From the NCBI GenBank assembly GCA_964016885.1, contig OZ024741.1:205034001-205098000 (forward strand): DNA of 64,000 nt, read 5' to 3'. Both the position numbers and the translations under genes were made by a program. The notes beneath the pieces are model-generated. The model worked only from the letters and a program-made list of their open reading frames with translations, was not told the origin of the DNA and did not search any database. This document shows positions 55,146-64,000 of the stretch, in pieces; position 1 is the stretch's first letter; each line of letters opens with the position of its first letter. Source of the DNA: Eledone cirrhosa. Lineage: Eukaryota.

Positions 55146-58100
55146 GTAAATATATATAGATTTCTTATAAGGCTTTGACTATTTTGGCCCCATTTTAAAA
55201 ATGGAAATGTTTACATATAGCACTACAACCGTGTCACCTCTATTGTATATGTGTTATCTGTTTGGGAACATATTTGAAATAATACATTTTGTATTTGTCT
55301 TTTAATTTTTAAAAGGGTTCCAAGAATTAACACCCACCTATGTCGTCGTTCGACCATCGAAAGATAGCAACCAAATTTCTTTGAAATTGAATTTTAACAT
55401 TAAATAAGCGAAGGTCATATTTGTTGATGTAGTCATGGATGATTGTTTCCTAACTTCGAAACAATTGAGATGTAAAATAAACGGAAACGGTGAAATATAC
55501 TTAGTTTCTGTTTATTTACTCTGGTTAAAGCTTTTCATTACTTAGGAATTTCTATTGATCCTTCGTTGTAGGAATATGCAACGTAAACTGCGACTACTGC
55601 CAGTTTCTGAAAGTCGTGTTAAATACTGTTGTTAACGGTATACATCTATTACAATAATTTGCTTTCATCTTTATCAAACATAATTTAATTTCAAAGATTT
55701 ACCCTTACTAATAAATCAAATTCAAGCTGAGCTAATAAATAGAAAAGAGATAAAGTCCATGCGTATTACGATATTTCTACTTCTTTTTTTTTTTTTTTTC
55801 CCTACTAATAAATCATTTGGAATTATATACACCGATTAGTCAGATTGATATTGTTCATTTTTCATATTATTGACTTATTGCATTCATTTTCATTCTATTC
55901 ATATATTTTATTACAGTTGAAGTAGTTGATGGTATTATTCTGGCGAATGTCGCCCAACAACGAAGGATCGCCAGAATTACCTATCGATTCCTAAGTCACT
56001 GTATATATTCAGTTAGTCACTCATATCAACTCTTGTTATCTTTGCAACGTTTTGACAATCTAATCTTTGAAAAATTCGGACGTTTGTTTAACGCCAGACT
56101 TTCTCCGGATAAATTGACACGAAAAGTTTGGGACAAATCACGTTTGAGAGACATTTCCAACTCCTTTGTTGATAAATTCGACCAATACTAAAGGTGTCGC
56201 TTACTCTCTGTGAATGCCAAATTCTCATGCGGACTGGCTTGATTCTTTGTTTGTGGCCAACGTCGGTAGCCTACACAGTTTAAATGAGCTCCACATCTCC
56301 ATCACTCAGAATCGGAGCCGGTGTTTGTGGGGATTAAAAATGTTTTCGTGAATTATCATATCGACTAAATGCATGCATAACTACAGTTTAGTGACCCCAC
56401 CTGACTTTGTTTCTTTATAATTTTCTTAATTTTCTTAATAATGCATAAACACTAAACTCTATAAAGTCAATATTGACAAACATTTGAACTCTTGCCACTT
56501 TGAAAAAATGGTATTTCATGTTTCCCTAAATACCTCGCCTAGATATTGGTTTTCTTGTAATTATTCTAAAACAATGCTTGGTTTTATTTTTTACAGCAAT
56601 TCCTGAGGCTACAAGAATCTGGTGGATGAACTTCGTGAAAAGATTCATGCCGAAGTTTCTGAAGCCAGTGTAACTGACAGTATTAGTGAACGAACTGGTG
56701 AGATTTATTATTATGGATTTGATATCTCGGTCATTGTTGTTATTTAACTTGAAATTTACCCTAAACAACATCAAGCCTCAGGTATTTAGGATGTATTGGA
56801 GGGTTTCCAGTAGGCATGCCTTTTGGAATGTCCCCCAAAAAGGGGGATGTTCTTTAATTAGCCTTGGAAACTCTTCAAGAGATTACCTAGTATTCCTATG
56901 ACGATGGGGATGACCTTGACCTCATGAAAGTCCCAAATCCTTTTCAGTTCCCACTTTAGATCCTGGTACCAGTTAATTTTCTCCTTCTTTTCTTGCACTC
57001 TTGTTTAAAGGAGCAAGCTACGTCTATATATAATCAAGCAAGATCTTTTTTCCTTGTCAAAAACCATCAGGTCAGGCTTATTATGTTCAAACAGCCTGTC
57101 TGACCCCACTGTTGATGGAAAACCAATTGGAGTCCTTCCCGTTCACAGTTACGCAACTCTCAGCACTGCTATAGAGCTGTTGGAACAGGGTTGTGATCTT
57201 GAGAGATGCACGGATGAGCTTGAGAATTTTCCAGAGGGATGCATGCTTAACCATATTGAAAGCTGCCTTGAGGTTGATGAAGGCGACGTAGAGGCAGCGA
57301 TCTTTGTGGAACTCCCAAGAACTTTCAATAATGAGACGAAGGGCAGAAATGTGGTCAGTGATAGATCAATTTGGCATATGGGTTACATCTGCTTCTAATG
57401 GCGGGAAGAGCATGGCTGAGGAGGATATTTTTGAAGAGCATGCTTGAGATGGAGAGGAGGGTGATGTTCCAGTTGTTGCTGCAGAGGAGTTTGTCGCCAT
57501 TCATTTCCAGAAGGGAGGATGGTGTCTCGGGTTCAGTCATTTGGGAGCTGCTCTGACACCAATACATGGTTGATGATCATGTTATCTCCACCCACCTTCA
57601 ACATTTCCATAGTGATAGTGTAGATTCCAGAGACTTTGCAGTTGTTGAGCTTCGTCAGGAGTGAAAGGATCAATTCTGCAAGTGTCATAGGTTGCAGCTG
57701 TGTCTGTGATGATGGTTAGACAAGGATCGATTGAGATGAGTGGGTGATGAAGAAGAAGGTTGAAGTGCTCCTTCCAGTGTTTGAGGCTGGCAGCTTCTGT
57801 GGTGATGACATTGCCTTTGCTATCCTTCACCAGAGCTGTCTTGATCCAGGGACTGGCATGGGCTCTGCAGTGTGTGTTGAACACTTGGCTAAGGTTAATG
57901 TTCCTTGCCCCTGCCTCCAAGTTCTTGGTTTCTTCCCCCCCAAATTTCTCCAGTGATCCATGACGACCTTGTTGCATATTCGGTTGAGCCTGCAGTACTC
58001 ATTCATGTTACTACACAGGTGAGCTTTGCAGCGACAGTTGATTATCTCTAGTGTCTGCAGTGAAATCCAGGGTTGTTGGAAAGAGGTCTTGAGTTTACCA

Positions 58101-61100
58101 GAACATTACATGCAGACAGGTTGACACTTGATTTAAAGATCTCCCAGTTGTTGGTCTTGTCTTTGACCAGGACGCTGAAGCGACACGCAAATGTAGAGGC
58201 GATGTTGGGATCATGGTGACAAGATGAGTCAGGGCGAGGCTGGAACTTGGTGTCAGGGTCTGCTTGCAACCTCAGCTTCAGTTTTGTAACCAGCAACTGA
58301 TGGTCAGTATTGCTTTGTAGACCTGGCAGTTGGTGACAAACGACATCCAGCGACGGGAGATGATTATATGGTCGATTGCCTTCTGGGTATAACTGTCCGG
58401 ACTGAACCAGGTCCAGTTATGGATGAGTTTATGGGGGAACTAGGTGTTAGCAATACATAGATTATTGTAGTGAAGCAGGTGGAGAAGTTCAGTAATCAGA
58501 AGAAGAGAGGTAGGCATAAAAACCAAACTCGCTATCTTCAATTTGATATTTGTGCCAACTCTTACCTATGGTCATGAATCTTGGGTAATGACCGAAAGAA
58601 TATGGCCACGAATACAAGTGGCCAAAATGGGGTTCCTTGAAAGGGTCTTTGGAGTAACGTTACTCGATAGAGTATGTAGTTTGAAGATCAGAGAGTCATT
58701 CCAGGTAGAGCTGCTGCTTCTCCGAATTAAGAGATCCTAGCTCCGATACAATGGGCATGTGGTTAGAATGTCTCAGGAAAGAATCGCTGGACAGATTTTA
58801 TGGACAAAACCAACTGGCAGGAAACCCAGGCGTATAGCCCGAGCAAGATGGTTGGATAACTTCCATGAGCTTGGCTGGTCTTGCTTAGGGATGCAGCTGG
58901 ATCAGTTGGAGATGGTTGCTTCTGACAGGACCAATGACCCTCTCAGGAATAAGTGGGTGAAGAAGAGCAGAAAATGATGAAGTTCCTACATCCGTGTTAG
59001 AGTCTAAACAATAGCAACATGCATTTTTGTGAAAATACATATAAAAGTAATTGCAAAATTATAATGTATACCTTTGTTGGATGTTGAATGGGAGGGCATT
59101 GACCCATAGAAACCATACTGAACAATGGGTTGAGAGGACTCCCCCTAGTATTGATGCCACAAAATGCACCCAGTACACTCTGTAAAGTAGCTGATGATAG
59201 AAAGGGCATCCAGCTGTAAAAAATCTTGCCAAAACTGGAATGTATGTAAGCAAAATGTGGCCTTTGGACCATTTGAGAGGGCAGTGGCTTCAATTCAATA
59301 TTGACTTAGTCTGTAACAACCCATGCAACTCTTGCTTTCATGGATAAATGTATTTGTGTTATGGAATTCTATATTGTTATATATGCTACTAATACTGGTG
59401 TATTACTCATTTATCAGAAGTTAACCAAGGGAGGAGGGCTATAGATAGTGTACTATTAACGATGCGGATGACTCAGCATGATCAAACTATTACTACAATA
59501 AAGATAAATCTTCAATGTCTGTCTCAATAAAAGTCTGCACAATCTAACTGATGGTGTATTTCTTTTAAATTATTGGTTCCACTCATTTGACTGAGGCCAT
59601 GCTGGGCCACAACCATAGTCAATCATGTCAACCATAATACTTATTTCAGCCTGGTGCTTATTATATCATTTATATGTCAAACAGCTAATTTTCAGGTCAT
59701 GAGCAACACTGGTTTTTAACCCTTTCATAATTGCATTTCTAATGAAATACACTGTATTTCAATTAATTAATGAGGAATTTTGAGGCATTTACTAAAATTA
59801 CTAATTATTTCATTACTTAGATAGTAATTTAATGTAAGGTTTTTATATAAAATTATGTTGGAAAGATTTTAATTTAAATTGGAAACTTTTAAATTGGGTG
59901 GTTTTATTTCATAGAACTAGAGCTTGATTTGGCCGGATTGGTAACTAAAGGGTTAAACATATGTAAACATAAACATGACACACACGTAAACACATGTGCA
60001 TTATGATGGGCTTCTGTACAGTTTCCATCTCCTGAATTCCACTTCGGAGACATTGGTCAATCTGAGGCTATAGTAAAAAAAAACATGTCCATGCTGGTGT
60101 GAGATTGAACCTGGCACCATGTGATAGTGAAGCGAACTTCCTAACCACACAGCCATGCTTGCACCTATAATACAGGTTTTTATAGAATATTTTAGCCACA
60201 AACAACCCTAATATAAATATCACTGAAATATAGTATTATTTTAACTATAGTTCACTGTTTTGTGGTATTAATTATGATTAAGTTCTTTTGTATCTAAATA
60301 TTGAATAAGATTTATTTTATTCTTTCACTATAGTTGTTGTGGGCTTTACAATATAACAGTTTAATTTTATTTTAAATAAATGATTATATTTAAATAGGTT
60401 TTCACAATATTATTTTTTAAATGTTTCATTCCAATTAATCATGTATAAATGATTCTAATGGAAGTAATATCATTTTTTTTAGCTGCCTTTGAAATTACCA
60501 TCAATGAGAAGTTGGTGTTTTCTCGTCTTCAGTCTTTTTCATACCCTGATTCTGATCAGGTTGGTATTTTCCATTTGATTTAACCATTATTTTTTGTTTT
60601 AAATGTATATTTTCTTTAATTCTATTTTTTTTTTTAGTATAAAGAATAAATGCAATAGCTAATTTATCTGCAACTTTCTTTGTTTCTGTTTGATATCTAT
60701 AAAATTATTTGTACATTTTAATAAATAGAACTTACATGATAGTTTGGTATGTTATCTTGAAAACATTGGAATAGCATTTGTGCTCCCACCTACAAATGTG
60801 ATGAAAAAATCCCAATTTACTGATCCATGTATGCTAGTTATTTATTGTAAAAGAAATAATGTTGACTTCCCTGAAAACACTGAAGACTATTACAGTGTTT
60901 CAAAGGAGACTACATCATCATCATCATCATTTTATGTCCGCTTTTCCCTGCTTGCAAGGGTGGGACGGGTCTTATTCAGCACAGCATCTCTCCACTTGAA
61001 ACAGTCCTTCGTCAGCGATCTGAGGTCTATTCTCACCACCTCCGCCCATGTTTTTCGTGGTCTACCTCTACCACGTCTTCCTTCAACTGGCATTTCCTGG

Positions 61101-64000
61101 CACTTCTTCACCCACCGGTCATCCTTCATGCGCATCACATGTCCATACTACCTCAGTCTCCTCTCTCGTACACTACATTCTATCCCTCTCAGACACAGTT
61201 TCTCTCTCAACACATTCATGCTGGGTCACTCACGCACATTGACATTGCACATCCAACGGAGCATGCTTGCCTCATTTCTCTCCAGCTGTCGCATATCCTC
61301 TGCAGTTGCTGCCCATGTCTCACTACCATGCAGCATCGCGCTCCTCACACAGGCATCATATAACCAGCCTTTCGTACGCAGGGAGAAACCCTTTTTCATC
61401 AGCAGAGGAAGCAGCTCCCTAAACTTCTTCCAACCCGTCCTTATTCTAGATACTATGGCTTCGGAACACCCCCCTCTCATGCTAATCTGATCTCCTAGGT
61501 ACCACCACTTCTATAGCACCCGCCTGCATTTGAAAAATATGTCTATCAATGCGACTTCTACTGTCTAATTTCCCTGTACATCTGCATACGTATTTCTCCC
61601 TACCTGTTAGTTTGCTTGCTTTCCCACTACATCTCTTGTGTACCCAGGATCTGCATTGTGTGCAGTTTATAGAATTTATGCCAGTTCCTTTTCTGCATAT
61701 CGAACATGGCCATTTCCCTGACGGAATCAGAGTTTTGTCCTCTTTTCTACTCATCAACACTTTTGTCTTAGCTAGGTTCACTCTCAGTCCTCTTGCTTCC
61801 AACTGCTGTTTCCATAGCCAGAATTTATTCTCTAGCTCCTCTACTGATTTTGCTATAAGAACCAGATTGTCAGCATAGAGAAGTTCCCATGGACAGCCAG
61901 TCTTAAACTCCTCTGTTATGGCTTGGAGGACTATAATGAACGAGAGCGGGCTGAGGACCGAACATTAATGTACTCCTACTTGTATCTGGAATTCCTCACT
62001 AAACTCCATTCCTATCCTGACTTTACTGACAGCACTTCTGTACAAAGTTTGCACTGTCCTCACAAGCCATTCCTCAACACCTAGTTTCCTTAGGGCCCAC
62101 CAGATGACAGATCGGGGTACCCTATTAAAGGCCTTCTCTAGGTCAAGAAAGGCTAAGTATAGTGGCTTATTCTTCTCTAAGAACCTCTCTTGTAATTGTC
62201 TCACCAAGAAGAGGGCAACTGTTGTACTTTTCCCAGGCACAAAACCAAACTGCATCTCATCTAGTTTGACCCTTTCTCTGATTAGTTGTGCTAATATCCT
62301 TTCTGCCCCTTTCATAACCTGATCCATCAGTTTTATACTGCTATAATTGCTTCTCTCCAGAGCATCCCCTTTACCTTTGTAGCAATTTATGAGAATACTG
62401 CTGCACCAGTCTTTGGGTATGACACCATCATATATAGCCTGATTGATGATGCGTGCAACCAGTTTAGTGTCTACGTCCCCTGATGCCTTCAGCATCTATC
62501 TCCGACGGTCCAGCAGCTTTACCATTTTTCATTTCCTTAATCGCCTCTTGGACCCTATATTCGTCAATCTCAATAGCTGGTCCCTCTGTTGGATCTACTG
62601 AGGGTAATTTCTCTCTCTCCCATTCGTTCTCCACATTCATCAGTCTCTCATAATGACATTTCCAGGCCTCCTTTTTCTGGTCATTCTTGACACTAAGTAT
62701 AGCGGCATCATTCCAGACACATTTATCTCCAACAACATCCTGATTTACATTGACACACTGCCTTGCAATGTGGAACACCGCACGCCTCTGATCTTCCCAT
62801 CGCAGAACATTGGCAAACCTCCTACTCTCAGCCTCCCTGCATGCTAAGTACACCTGACGTCTAGCTTCTCTCTTAGCGGCTGTATATCCTTCTCTACTCC
62901 CACCCTTTTTCCAAGCCTTCCATGCTAGTCTTTTGTCTCTAATAGCCTTATCTACTGTGCTGTTCCACCACCAGGTCACTCTCTGTCTGGTTGGAGCTCT
63001 GCTCCAGCCACAAGTTTCATAAGTAGCCTGCAGTAAGTTGTCACGTAAGAAATTCCAGTTATTATCTATGTCATACATCTCTAAATCGTCTTCTTTTTCG
63101 TCATACACATCTTGAAGGGCTTTCCTAAATTTGTATTTTAGTGAAAGGTCTTTTAGCTTCCAGACCTTTCTTCTCCACACCTTCCTGTATGTCTCATTCC
63201 ATCTCTTGCTTACTGAGATATTACTAACGACTAACCTATGCTGTGGGGTACATTCTTCCCCAGGGTATATGCCTTGGTATTTGACACCATCTGCCTGTCC
63301 CGCTGCCTAACTAGTAAGAAGTCAATCTGGCTTATGTGCTCGCCAGATTTGTAGGTTATTAGGTGGTTGGCAGGTTTCTGGAAGTTAGTGTTGCAAATAG
63401 TCAGTGTACTTGCATCACAAAATTCAAGAAGTCTCACTCCTTTTTCTGATCATTCGTGACACTAAGTACACCGGCATCATTCCGGACACAAAGCTAATTA
63501 TAAATTTGTTAACTAATTATAAATTACTTGTGTTACTGACCTATCAAGATGTAAATATATTTGCCATAGTGACTATATATGAAGTGTGGTCCTTAACCCT
63601 TTAAACTGGCCATATCCGACCAGAATTCTCTCACCTCTTTCTGTTCAAACTGGCTGCTCATACCTACACTAAGGTATTGTTCTCCAAATAAACAATATCA
63701 AAATCTCATAGATTTGATATTCATCATCATCGTTTAATGTCCATTTTCCACACTAGCATGGGTCTGTGAGATAAAGCCTTTACTGTGAAAATATAATAGT
63801 ATATATAAAGTAATGTAAATGCTAAAGGGTTAAATGTCGAAGTTGACATCTTAATAACTTTGATGAAGTATTAATTACTATAAAAATATAGTCAGAAGAT
63901 TTATAGTTTTGTTAAAAAGCATTTAAAGATTTCCATTAAAAAATAATGGTTTTAACATAAATACTATATTATTTTATCAATTCTTTTCAACAGATTGTGA
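55087..64000 (+). CDS. MIEN1: Rdx-family selenoprotein (MIEN1/SelW2-like, CxxU), spliced; 3' end outside window
   Basis: Exons join in phase to MTENEVCGSATNLDVHIEYCNSUGYKNLVDELREKIHAEVSEASVTDSISERTAAFEITINEKLVFSRLQSFSYPDSDQIV; U is TGA at 56604-56606. Confidence 0.9.
56597..56697 (+). CDS. MIEN1: MIEN1/SelW2-like coding exon 2 with the Sec codon (C-N-S-U-G-Y...)
   Basis: ttttacag acceptor, gtgag donor; C AAT TCC TGA GGC TAC AAG, frame open after the TGA. Confidence 0.92.
57050..58490 (-). mobile_element. Degenerate RTE LINE (third family), intronic
   Basis: Fragments WTWFSPDSYTQKAIDHIII, WKEHFNLLL and YVAFINLKAAFNMV. Confidence 0.85.
58500..58980 (+). mobile_element. 3' fragment of the second RTE family
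   Basis: Peptide IFVPTLTYGHESWVMTER...GHVVRM...KPTGRKPR. Confidence 0.85.
60004..60168 (-). mobile_element. tRNA-derived SINE
   Basis: Minus strand: A box tggctgtgtgg, B box ggttcaatc, body ending ggaaactgtacagaagccc next to a (CA)-rich tract. Confidence 0.75.
60483..60559 (+). CDS. MIEN1: MIEN1/SelW2-like coding exon 3 (AFEITINEKLVFSRLQSFSYPDSDQ)
   Basis: ttttttttag acceptor, gttggt donor; Rdx motif FEI.IN..LVFS.L....P. Confidence 0.92.
60914..63490 (-). mobile_element. Degenerate RTE LINE, 5'-truncated in APE, with (GAT)n tail; intronic
   Basis: ORF pieces covering APE end, RT, PHD-like finger and C-terminus; tail at 60914. Confidence 0.95.
63597..63829. mobile_element. piggyBac-type MITE carrying an inserted RTE/SINE tail
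   Basis: Homologous to 16661-16853, TTAA flanks; (cat)n tail fragment at about 63720-63765. Confidence 0.8.
63994..64000 (+). CDS. MIEN1: Start of MIEN1/SelW2-like coding exon 4 (IV...), truncated by window end
   Basis: ttcttttcaacag acceptor, phase 0; ATT GTG fits the expected final helix, but only 7 nt are visible. Confidence 0.6.

Noticed and set aside
60744-61490. 248-aa plus-strand ORF
   Set aside because: Mostly the antisense of an RTE 3' end within a selenoprotein-gene intron

Overview
AT-rich animal genomic DNA; the SINE and LINE repertoire suggests an octopus-like cephalopod (inference). (1) The 3' part of a DPP8/9 dipeptidyl peptidase gene lies on +, with 18 phase-compatible GT-AG exons from 3765 to the stop at 35690 (680 aa, intact Ser/Asp/His triad); its 5' exons are outside the window. 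(2) The ORF track misses a spliced Rdx-family selenoprotein gene (MIEN1/SelW2-like) on +, with exons 55087-55145, 56597-56697, 60483-60559 and 63994-end; an in-frame TGA at 56604 completes a CxxU motif (VHIEYCNSUGY). (3) A possible spliced minus-strand transcript lies between the two genes. (4) Mobile DNA is dense: PHD-finger-bearing RTE LINEs, a near-intact CR1/L2-group LINE with a G_GGA_AAC slippery site at its ORF1/ORF2 junction, CRE-like remnants, Tc1/mariner remnants, non-autonomous Helitrons (one a head-to-tail composite), piggyBac- and hAT-type MITEs and tRNA-derived SINEs. All exon models were assembled by eye; element boundaries are approximate unless terminal motifs are given.
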